DNA from: an uncultured Bacteroidota bacterium
GTDB lineage: Bacteria > Bacteroidota > Bacteroidia > Flavobacteriales > Flavobacteriaceae
NCBI GenBank assembly: GCA_902514625.1
Contig: CABXRK010000003.1
Span: 264-64,263 of the forward strand
Direction of reading: 5' to 3'
Length of the DNA stretch: 64,000 nt
Under the pieces are notes generated by a model. It was not told the DNA's origin. It saw nothing but the letters and a program-made list of their open reading frames with translations, and searched no databases. The translations under genes were made by a program, and so were the position numbers. Below are positions 1 to 8,098 of the stretch, piece after piece; position 1 is the first letter of the stretch; each line of letters opens with the position of its first letter.

Positions 1-853
1 ATATTTTCCAAGATATAACGACTGGAGAGGTAAAGAGCCTAATCCTAATTTTTCAAAATATTACGAAGAATATATGAAGCCTCAAGTAAAGGAAATAATC
101 ACGGAATATGATCCCGATATTTTATGGTTTGATGGTGAATGGATTCAAGAATTTACTCATGAAATGGGTCTCGATCTATATGAATTTGTAAGATCGTTAA
201 AGCCAGAGATAATAATAAATAATCGTGTAGATAAAGGTCGAAAAGGAATGCAAGGTATGAATGATACTAAAATGAAATATGCCGGTGACTTTGGAACGCC
301 TGAACAAGAAATTTTAGAAGAATCGTCCGAATTTGATTGGGAGTCATGTATGACAATGAATGATACTTGGGGTTTTAAAAAGAATGACAATAATTGGAAA
401 TCCTATGAAACTTTAATTCATAATTTGATTGATATTACAGCTAAAGGAGGAAATTATCTTCTTAATGTTGGCCCAACTGCTGAAGGTTTGATCCCTGAAA
501 CTAGTATAGAAAGGTTAAAAAAAATGGGAGAATGGTTGAAAATCAATGGGGAAGCAATTTACAATACTGAAAAATTAAATAATAACTATAAGCAAGGAGA
601 ATCAATAAGGTTTACAAAGAAAAAAGGTGGTAAAATTCATTATGCTATTTATTTAAAAAATACTGATAACCATGAAATAAATGGCATTCGTCCTGAGAAT
701 GGATCAGAAATTTTCTTATTAGGAATAGATAAACCTTTAGATTGGGAATACAATAATGAAAAAAAATTGAGAATTATACTACCTGAAAAGGCAAAAAAGT
801 TTATAAATACTAAATCTGCTTACACATTTAAGATTATCGGAGAAGAAGTATGA
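1..853 (+). CDS. alpha-L-fucosidase, GH29 family (5'-truncated by window edge)
   Basis: The frame of the 74..853 ORF stays open back to nt 2, so the gene enters from the left. The translation carries GH29-like motifs DILWFDGEW and GGNYLLNVGPTAEG, followed by a C-terminal tail domain. Confidence 0.8.
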   Translation, partial: YFPRYNDWRGKEPNPNFSKYYEEYMKPQVKEIITEYDPDILWFDGEWIQEFTHEMGLDLYEFVRSLKPEIIINNRVDKGRKGMQGMNDTKMKYAGDFGTPEQEILEESSEFDWESCMTMNDTWGFKKNDNNWKSYETLIHNLIDITAKGGNYLLNVGPTAEGLIPETSIERLKKMGEWLKINGEAIYNTEKLNNNYKQGESIRFTKKKGGKIHYAIYLKNTDNHEINGIRPENGSEIFLLGIDKPLDWEYNNEKKLRIILPEKAKKFINTKSAYTFKIIGEEV

Positions 854-861
854 AATTTTTA

Positions 862-1683
862 TTAAATTTCAAATTCAGAGTCATCTATCACGTATTCATT
901 TATTTTTATATCATCTAATCCTTTATTATCAAATGGATTTTCAATAAAATCTTGAATATTATAAAGTTCTACCAATACAAAACTTATTAAAATACATAAA
1001 AAAAATGTAAACATGTTAGTGGTAAAAGTTTCTACACTAGTTAATCCCAAGATTCCTGGGACATAAATAAATGGATATATATATATAAATAATAAACAAT
1101 AGGCTCTTAAAGATTTTGGAGTACTATGTTTTTTTAAAGAAGATAAATTTTCTATACATAAAGAAACTTCTTGTTTAGATTCAATAACACCTCTTTTAAC
1201 AGCATTTCCAAAAAAACTTTCATATTGGATTATTTTATTTTGGATTTGATTTAAATCCTTTCTTAAAGCTTTAATTCCATCTTTATTTTGCTGATCACTT
1301 AAATAAATTGCATTTTTAACTGAAATCTCTTTTATTATTTCATTTATTTCCTTTAAACTTTTAATTGGGATTTTAGGCGTAGATCTAAAATAGTCACTTA
1401 TTGCCAATAAATTTGATCTCAAATCAGAAAAATATCTTAAAGCATCTTGTCTTTTTTGAAATGCACTAGTAATGCTAAAAACTAATGGAAAAACAATAGC
1501 TATACTTATTATATTATAATCATTATTTAATCTAAAATCATATTTAATACATAAAAAATAGGTTATAGAAGTTAATGCAAATACAATAAAAACTCTAAAA
1601 TTGAATACTGTTGTAAAATTCCTTCTTACCTTTTTTATTCTATATTTTCTTTTTCTTATTGACTTTTGTACTTTACTTACCAT
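862..1683 (-). CDS. membrane protein, possibly bestrophin/YneE (UPF0187)-like ion channel
   Basis: 273 aa. Two hydrophobic helices lie at each end around a helical soluble core. The C-terminal ENPFDNKGLDD resembles the E-x-PFG...D motif of bestrophin-family channels. The assignment is tentative. Confidence 0.45.
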   Translation of the reverse strand: MVSKVQKSIRKRKYRIKKVRRNFTTVFNFRVFIVFALTSITYFLCIKYDFRLNNDYNIISIAIVFPLVFSITSAFQKRQDALRYFSDLRSNLLAISDYFRSTPKIPIKSLKEINEIIKEISVKNAIYLSDQQNKDGIKALRKDLNQIQNKIIQYESFFGNAVKRGVIESKQEVSLCIENLSSLKKHSTPKSLRAYCLLFIYIYPFIYVPGILGLTSVETFTTNMFTFFLCILISFVLVELYNIQDFIENPFDNKGLDDIKINEYVIDDSEFEI

Positions 1684-1745
1684 AGGTATAAAAATTTAAG
1701 TGACCATAACTAATAACGTTTTTTTTTTTAAATATTGTATGAATT

Positions 1746-1787
1746 AAAGAAACCCCTTACTTAAATAATTAAGAAAGGGGTTTCTTT
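1746..1787 (-). terminator. hairpin terminator closing the SusCD-linked operon
   Basis: A perfect 13-bp inverted repeat, AAAGAAACCCCTT (1746..1758) / AAGGGGTTTCTTT (1775..1787), lies 27 nt beyond the stop of the oxidoreductase gene. The stem ends are T-rich on both strands. Confidence 0.6.
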
Positions 1788-1813
1788 ATATAGAATTTAA
1801 ATTGATTTTTTAC

Positions 1814-3151
1814 TTATATAGGCAAAGAATAACCATTATGATAATCAGGAGAGATTAAATCATTGGCTTCCTTATCCTTTCCAAAAGTCTGATTTTCTTT
1901 ATCCCAATAAATTTTTCTACCTACTTTATATGAAATATTTCCCATATGAGCATTAATACAAGCAATACTTCCAGATTGAATTCCACAATTCAATGAATCA
2001 GGATCATTATTTCTAATTGCTTCAATAAAGTTTTTTGTATGAAAATCTAACCCACTAACTGTTGCCTTTTGATAAGGTACCTCATCTATCTTTGGCACTT
2101 TTTTATTCTGATAATCCAATTCCGGAACTACTTTCCAACCTCCTCTATCTATCACAACAGTACCATCATTTCCAACAAAAGCAATACCTTCATCCTGTCC
2201 ATAGTTTCCTCCATCAATTCCAACAGCATTTTCCCATAACATTGTCCAATTATCATATTGAAACAATGTTTGGAGTGTATCTGGAGTTTCACTATCCTGA
2301 TTTGGATATCCAAATCTCCCACCACTTGCAACAACAGAATAAGGTTCTTTAACTTTCATTCCAAATAAAGCAATATCAATTTCATGAACACCCCAATCAG
2401 TCATTAGACCTCCCGCATAATCCCAATACCATCTAAAATTAAAATGAAACCTGTTTTTATTAAAAGGTCTCATTGGAGCAGGACCCAACCAATTTTTGTA
2501 ATCCACTCCATCTGGAGCAGGAGAATCAGGAGCAGGATCATACATACCATACCATCCTTGATAAGCCCATACCTTAACTAATCTTATTTGTCCTAATTTT
2601 CCTGACCATAAATAATTAAGGGCATCCCTATAATGAGGAGAACTTCTTTGCCATTGACCAACTTGAATTAAATAATTACTATGTTTTTTTGCAGAATCGA
2701 GCATTATCATAGACTCTTTAATAGAGTTAGCAATAGGCTTTTCACAATAAACATGTTTTCCAGCTTCCAAGGCATGAACTAATATTAAACAATGCCAGTG
2801 ATCAGGTGTCCCTATAACCACTGCATCGATATTTTTATTATCTAATAATTTTCTATAATCTTTATATATTTTAGGCTTTTTTCCTGTGATTTTTTTAACA
2901 TCAGCGGATCTTTTTTCTAAAACACTATCATCAACGTCACATAAAGCAATACAATCCGTACCCTCATTTTTTAAAATTGATCTCATATCAGACCACCCCA
3001 TTCCTCGACATCCAATCACACCGAATTTAATTCTATCATTTGATCCAATAATTTTATTCATTGAATTAAATGGTTGATTAGCAAAAGACGATGAGAGAAT
3101 CCCTCCCGTAATTAATCCAGTATTTTTAATAAACTTTCTTCTTGATTTCAT
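1814..3151 (-). CDS. Gfo/Idh/MocA family oxidoreductase with twin-arginine (TAT) export signal
   Basis: 445 aa. The N-terminus MKSRRKFIKNTGLITGG fits the S/T-R-R-x-F-L-K TAT consensus. It has a Rossmann start (FGVIGCRGMGWS) and a CEKPIA (EKP) motif typical of the family. Confidence 0.85.
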   Translation of the reverse strand: MKSRRKFIKNTGLITGGILSSSFANQPFNSMNKIIGSNDRIKFGVIGCRGMGWSDMRSILKNEGTDCIALCDVDDSVLEKRSADVKKITGKKPKIYKDYRKLLDNKNIDAVVIGTPDHWHCLILVHALEAGKHVYCEKPIANSIKESMIMLDSAKKHSNYLIQVGQWQRSSPHYRDALNYLWSGKLGQIRLVKVWAYQGWYGMYDPAPDSPAPDGVDYKNWLGPAPMRPFNKNRFHFNFRWYWDYAGGLMTDWGVHEIDIALFGMKVKEPYSVVASGGRFGYPNQDSETPDTLQTLFQYDNWTMLWENAVGIDGGNYGQDEGIAFVGNDGTVVIDRGGWKVVPELDYQNKKVPKIDEVPYQKATVSGLDFHTKNFIEAIRNNDPDSLNCGIQSGSIACINAHMGNISYKVGRKIYWDKENQTFGKDKEANDLISPDYHNGYSLPI

Positions 3152-3180
3152 TTTATATAATTATTTAATTACTTGATATA

Positions 3181-4035
3181 TTAAAGCTTTCTCAGCCATA
3201 TATTTCTAAAAGAAACAGGATTTCCATGATCTTGAATATATATGGTTTTATTTAAACTCCTACTAGGCATATATTTAGAAACTTTATCTCTCCCCTTTTG
3301 AGGCTTCCCAATAAATTCAGTTGTTCCTAAAATCTTAACATTATTTTGAACTAGAACTCCATTATGAAAAACAGTTAAAGTTCCAGCTCTAATTTCTTCT
3401 CCTTTTTCATTATACTTTGGCTCCATAAAAACAATATCATATGTTTGCCATTCCCCTGGGGGTTTGCTTGAGTTAACTAAAGGGGGATGTTGTTTATATA
3501 TTGAAGCAGCTTGACCGTTAGAATATGTTCTATTATTATAACTGTCTAAAATTTGAACCTCAAAACGTCTTTGAAAAGTTATACCGCTATTACCTCTTCC
3601 TTGACCTTTTCCTTCCATTTTAGTTGGAGTTTTCCATTCCATATGAAATTGAACTGAACCAAATTCCTCCTTAGTTTCTATACCTCCATCGACTTTTACG
3701 GTCATTGAACCATCGTTATTAATAATCCAATCTGCATCTTTTCCAGTAGGCGAATTTTTCCATTTTGAAAGACTAGACCCATCAAAAAGAACAATTGCAT
3801 CACTTGGAGCTAAATTGCTAATTCCTGGAGTAACTATTTTTGGTTCTGGCTCCCATACTTCAGTGTCTTGAGGAGAAATCCCTCTATCTTCAGGGAAAGC
3901 AGTGTAATATGCTTCTAGCATTTGTTCCATAGTTGGACCATCATCTATTTTATTCTTCTTTTCCTGAGCAGTAATAATGGTTATTGACAATATGAAAAAA
4001 ATATACTTCATAATACTATTTTTTAAATTATTCAT
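3181..4035 (-). CDS. DUF1080 (3-keto-disaccharide hydrolase family) secreted protein, copy A
   Basis: 284 aa with a signal peptide. Family-like blocks are WEPEP, PSDAIVLFDG, GRGNSGI.FQRRFEVQILDSYNN, and IQDHGNPVSFRNIWLRKL at the C-terminus. Confidence 0.8.
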   Translation of the reverse strand: MNNLKNSIMKYIFFILSITIITAQEKKNKIDDGPTMEQMLEAYYTAFPEDRGISPQDTEVWEPEPKIVTPGISNLAPSDAIVLFDGSSLSKWKNSPTGKDADWIINNDGSMTVKVDGGIETKEEFGSVQFHMEWKTPTKMEGKGQGRGNSGITFQRRFEVQILDSYNNRTYSNGQAASIYKQHPPLVNSSKPPGEWQTYDIVFMEPKYNEKGEEIRAGTLTVFHNGVLVQNNVKILGTTEFIGKPQKGRDKVSKYMPSRSLNKTIYIQDHGNPVSFRNIWLRKL

Positions 4036-4036
4036 T

Positions 4037-4792
4037 TTAAAGTTTTCTCAGCCATATATTTCTAAAAGAAACAGGATTCCCATGATCTTGAATATATATA
4101 GTTTTTCTTGAATTATTACCAGGCATATATTTAGAAATCTGTTTTTCTCCTATAAGGGGCATTCCTATATACTCAGTAGTCCCTAAAATCTGAACGTTAT
4201 TTTGTACTAAAACTCCATTGTGAAAAACTGTAAAGCTTCCTCTTGTAATAGTTGTTCCAACTTCATTAAACTCAGGCTCTATAAATATAATATCATAAGA
4301 CTGCCATTCTCCTGGAGGTCTACTCGAATTAACTAAAGGAGCGTGTTGTTTATAAATTGATGCTGCCTGACCATTAGAGTATGTTCTATTATTATAACTA
4401 TCTAGAATTTGAACTTCAAAACGCCTTTGAAAAATTATTCCACTATTCCCTCTTCCTTGACCTTTCCCCTCCATTTTAGTAGGGGTTTTCCATTCAATAT
4501 GAAATTGAACTGATCCAAATTCTTCCTTTGTTTCTATCCCTCCATTTCTAGTTACAGTCATTGACCCTGACCTATCATTATTAAGAATCCAACTAGCATC
4601 TCCTCCACGTGCATTAACCCATTGAGACAAATCTTTGCCATCAAAAAGAACAATTGCATCACTTGGTGGTTGATTATTTTTGCCAGGGGTAACAATCACT
4701 GGTTCCGGTTCCCATACTTCAGTTAATTCAGGCTTAGGCTTTTCTTGAGAAAAAACAACATTAACTATAAAAAATAAAACTATATACCTCAT
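4037..4792 (-). CDS. DUF1080 (3-keto-disaccharide hydrolase family) secreted protein, copy B
   Basis: 251 aa with a signal peptide. It is a close paralog of copy A, with long identical peptide runs such as FQRRFEVQILDSYNNRTYSNGQAASIYKQH and IYIQDHGNPVSFRNIWLRKL. It is separated from copy A by 1 nt. Confidence 0.8.
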   Translation of the reverse strand: MRYIVLFFIVNVVFSQEKPKPELTEVWEPEPVIVTPGKNNQPPSDAIVLFDGKDLSQWVNARGGDASWILNNDRSGSMTVTRNGGIETKEEFGSVQFHIEWKTPTKMEGKGQGRGNSGIIFQRRFEVQILDSYNNRTYSNGQAASIYKQHAPLVNSSRPPGEWQSYDIIFIEPEFNEVGTTITRGSFTVFHNGVLVQNNVQILGTTEYIGMPLIGEKQISKYMPGNNSRKTIYIQDHGNPVSFRNIWLRKL

Positions 4793-4837
4793 AAAAATTA
4801 ATTTTAATTTAACATTTACCTAAATATAAGAGTTTTT

Positions 4838-7800
4838 TTATTTTTTAATTATATAGCTTCTATCATTATTTGAAAAAATTATTACTTTATCATTTTCTAA
4901 ATTTAGAATTTTTCTAGTATTCAATTTATTAGGAATAGTTAAATTTTTATATTTTTCATATTTAATTCCATCAAATCCTATAAATTTTCCTCCAGAATTT
5001 GAATCACTACTTCCTATTTCATTTACATAATTTAAATAATTACCAACAAAAAATAAAGTCTTTACATTATTTTTATTAGTTACCAAAATATCTTGAATAG
5101 GACTCCATTGAGCTTCTTTTGGTAATGGAATGGAGATAAATGTATCTTTCATATTCAGGAAAACCATTGACTTTAATTCATTTATTTTTTTTACATGAGT
5201 TAAAGAATCTCTGTGAATATCAAAAAGATCTTCATAGGATTTAATTTTAGAAAAAGAATTATAATCCGGAAATTTTTTCTTTAAAAATGGCATCTGATTT
5301 ACTAACTTATCCTTAGAAGCAAAAGGGACATAAGCATCAAAAAATGGGTAAAATATAACTGGATCAATCTGCCCATTACTATCAAAATCATGAAGAAAAA
5401 TTTCAATAGGTTTTTCTAATGATGCTTTAAACTTAATATTTAATCCAGCATTTCCAACTATTAAATCTTTTGTGCCATTTTGATCTATATCATCAATAGT
5501 AATACAATTCCACATCCCATATGAATTTGAAAGACCTAAAGGTAAAGTCATATTTGAAAATGATTCTTTTCCTTTATTGATTAATATAGTGACAGGCATC
5601 CAATCACCAACTATAACTAAATCTAATAAATTATCTTGATTTATGTCAACCCACTTAGCATCAGTTATCATTCCCAAACGAAATTTTTCTAAAACTCCAA
5701 AACCTCCATTTTTATTATTTAATAAAATAAAACTATAAGGAGAAAGTCCGTATGCTCCGGGAATTGATCTGGATCCTAAAAAAACATCGTCAAAGCCATC
5801 ATTGTTTAAATCCCCTACCGAGATAGCTCCACCATTATAGGCAGGCAATTTAACTGGATATGATGTAAAGTTTGCATTCCCATCATTAAGATAAATTCTA
5901 TCTGCTAATCTACGATCTCTCTCTAAAAATTCTGATCCCCCACTTACCACGTAAATATCTAAATCACCATCATTGTCAACATCAAGAGCTTCTGCATCAA
6001 CATCTTCATAAAAATTATCAAGATTAAATATTGGAATATCCTTCCTTTTAAATTTTCCTTTATTATTTGCCAAATAGAAATTAGCAGGTTCATAAGTTGC
6101 TCCACCTACATATAAATCTTTCAGATTATCTCCATTAAAATCTTGATAAACTACTGCTGGGCCTTCTCTTGACAGAAGCTCTGGAATAAGCAATTCTCTT
6201 TCATAATCGAAGGTATCGTTTTCTATATGTAAATCGAAGGTTTTAAAATTCTTTAATTTATTATTTAAATTAATTTTATTTATAATGCTTTCATTTTTAT
6301 TAATAAAATTTTTTTTATTTACTATAATATCAAAATAGGATTGCTTTAAGCCATCAGGCCATGTTACCTGAATAGAATCAATTCTATTTATATTACCTAG
6401 TCCAAAATTAAGGTTATATGAAGATGATGATTGAAATCCCTTGATCGGATTTAGCTGTTTTGTCCATTGTTCTCCTTTTGAAAATAGAGTTACCTTAGCT
6501 CCAATAGAAATATATTTGTTCCCATTATCTAATAATGAAATTTTAACATAATTATTTTCATTATTAACATTTGTAAGGTTTTCTAATAAATAAACATTTT
6601 CGTTAATATTGCTAACAACCAAATCTAAATCTCCATCATTATCAAGATCACTGTAGGCGGCTCCATTAGAATAGGAACTTTCCATCCCAAAATCATTTGT
6701 CTTTTTCTCAAAATTGAGATTTCCCTTATTTAAATATATAATATTTGGAATTTTAAGGGTAGGCATTTTATCAATCAACTTTTTATTTAAATTTTTTTGT
6801 TTAGATAGCTTGTAAGCTCTGTAGTCTACATTACTTGTATAATTAATATAATCTAAATCATTTGGCCTTTTATAAATACCATTAGTTATGAAAATATCAT
6901 TATAAGTATCATTATTTAAATCCTCTAAAAGAACAGACCAACTCCAATCTGTTGCATAAGTATCTGTATAAATAGCTATATCAGAAAATTTATTACTGCC
7001 TCTATTTAAATGAAAATTATTTCTAGCATACTGATCCTCATAACCAAAAGATTTTTTTATTTTATATACTTGATCTGTATCCTCACCTCCCGATTTCAAA
7101 AAAACTTCACGAAGATATGGCATCATGTCTAAAGTGAAAATATCAAATAATTGATCATTATTCATATCTGCAATATCAACTCCCATTGTAAATCGAGAGT
7201 TATGGCTTATGAATTCTTTGCTTTTTTCTATAAATGATTTATTTTTTTGATTAATGTATATATAATCATTTTCATGAAAATCATTTCCTATATATATATC
7301 TGTCCACCCATCATTATTGATATCAGCAGTAGTAATTGCCAAACCGTAACCTAAAGGGCTACTATATATTCCCGAAGAACCAGTTACATCAACAAACTTG
7401 CCTTCCTTTTCATTTATTCTATTTTCATAAAACCTATCGCCGCTTAAAGAGTCCTTTTCCTCTCTCTTACTAATATCTGTATAATTTCTTGGAGTATGAA
7501 TATTATGATTGAGCAAGTACATATCTAAATCACCATCATTATCATAGTCTAAAAATGCTACTTGAGTAGAAAAACCACTAAAATCAATACCTAAATCAAC
7601 AGAGGACTCGATAAAAGATCCATTTTTTTGATTTATATAAATAAGGTTATGGGCTTTTAAAGTTTTATAATTTCCAACTTTTGAAACATGAATATCTAAC
7701 CATCCATCTCCATTTACATCAGCCATTGCAACTCCAGTAGACCATGTTGATAAAGAATCTAAGCCTGAAGTTTTAGTAATATTTTTAAACTTAAGATTTC

Positions 7801-8098
7801 CTAAATTAATATATAATTGATCCTTTTTTTGATTTGCAGATAAATAAATATCATCTAAACCATCATTATTTATATCCCCAATAGCAACACCCCCTCCATT
7901 ATAAAAATAAAGATATTCTATGATATTTAATTCCTCAGAATACTCAAGTTTATTAGAAAAATCTAATCCAGAATAAGACGAATCTATTTTATTAAAAAAA
8001 TTACTGAAATTAACTTTTTCTTCTTTATTTTTTTCTGCACACCCTATAATTGAAATTATAAAAGTGAGAAGTATCAATTTTTTTTTGTTAAAATTCAT
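4838..8098 (-). CDS. FG-GAP/VCBS repeat + UnbV_ASPIC lipoprotein (CRTAC1-like), paralog 3
   Basis: 1086 aa with lipobox IISIIGC. There are seven DxDxDG-type FG-GAP blades (e.g. GDINNDGLDDIYL, ADVNGDGWLDIHV, LDYDNDGDLDMYL). These are followed by an UnbV_ASPIC-like block (IGAKVTLFSKGEQWTKQLNPIKGFQSSSS) and a second set of FG-GAP blades. Confidence 0.85.
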   Translation of the reverse strand: MNFNKKKLILLTFIISIIGCAEKNKEEKVNFSNFFNKIDSSYSGLDFSNKLEYSEELNIIEYLYFYNGGGVAIGDINNDGLDDIYLSANQKKDQLYINLGNLKFKNITKTSGLDSLSTWSTGVAMADVNGDGWLDIHVSKVGNYKTLKAHNLIYINQKNGSFIESSVDLGIDFSGFSTQVAFLDYDNDGDLDMYLLNHNIHTPRNYTDISKREEKDSLSGDRFYENRINEKEGKFVDVTGSSGIYSSPLGYGLAITTADINNDGWTDIYIGNDFHENDYIYINQKNKSFIEKSKEFISHNSRFTMGVDIADMNNDQLFDIFTLDMMPYLREVFLKSGGEDTDQVYKIKKSFGYEDQYARNNFHLNRGSNKFSDIAIYTDTYATDWSWSVLLEDLNNDTYNDIFITNGIYKRPNDLDYINYTSNVDYRAYKLSKQKNLNKKLIDKMPTLKIPNIIYLNKGNLNFEKKTNDFGMESSYSNGAAYSDLDNDGDLDLVVSNINENVYLLENLTNVNNENNYVKISLLDNGNKYISIGAKVTLFSKGEQWTKQLNPIKGFQSSSSYNLNFGLGNINRIDSIQVTWPDGLKQSYFDIIVNKKNFINKNESIINKINLNNKLKNFKTFDLHIENDTFDYERELLIPELLSREGPAVVYQDFNGDNLKDLYVGGATYEPANFYLANNKGKFKRKDIPIFNLDNFYEDVDAEALDVDNDGDLDIYVVSGGSEFLERDRRLADRIYLNDGNANFTSYPVKLPAYNGGAISVGDLNNDGFDDVFLGSRSIPGAYGLSPYSFILLNNKNGGFGVLEKFRLGMITDAKWVDINQDNLLDLVIVGDWMPVTILINKGKESFSNMTLPLGLSNSYGMWNCITIDDIDQNGTKDLIVGNAGLNIKFKASLEKPIEIFLHDFDSNGQIDPVIFYPFFDAYVPFASKDKLVNQMPFLKKKFPDYNSFSKIKSYEDLFDIHRDSLTHVKKINELKSMVFLNMKDTFISIPLPKEAQWSPIQDILVTNKNNVKTLFFVGNYLNYVNEIGSSDSNSGGKFIGFDGIKYEKYKNLTIPNKLNTRKILNLENDKVIIFSNNDRSYIIKK

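Larger units (their letters stand above)
3181..4792 (-). repeat. tandem gene duplication (DUF1080 x2) with near-identical nucleotide blocks
   Basis: The 3' ends 3181..3243 and 4037..4099 differ at only 2 of 63 nt by direct comparison. Central blocks (about 3520..3690 vs 4380..4550) are also mostly identical by eye. Confidence 0.8.

Noticed and set aside
2062-2352. A 96-aa plus-strand ORF, and a nested 60-aa ORF at 2152..2334, inside the oxidoreductase gene. Similar short antisense ORFs occur at 157..390, 2886..3077, 9113..9319, 10897..11127, 12626..12811, 13206..13418, 13966..14190, 14694..14882, 15695..16088, 17391..18306, 20656..20847, 23922..26625, 33901..34137, 34378..34581, 38028..38270, 40701..41186, 43502..43729, 45735..45974, 47311..47910, 52550..53004 and 60501..60695.
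   Set aside because: Each lies wholly within, or shadows, a long ORF that carries clear family motifs. Their translations are low-complexity or hydrophobic sequence with no recognisable motif. Such shadow ORFs are expected opposite long genes.
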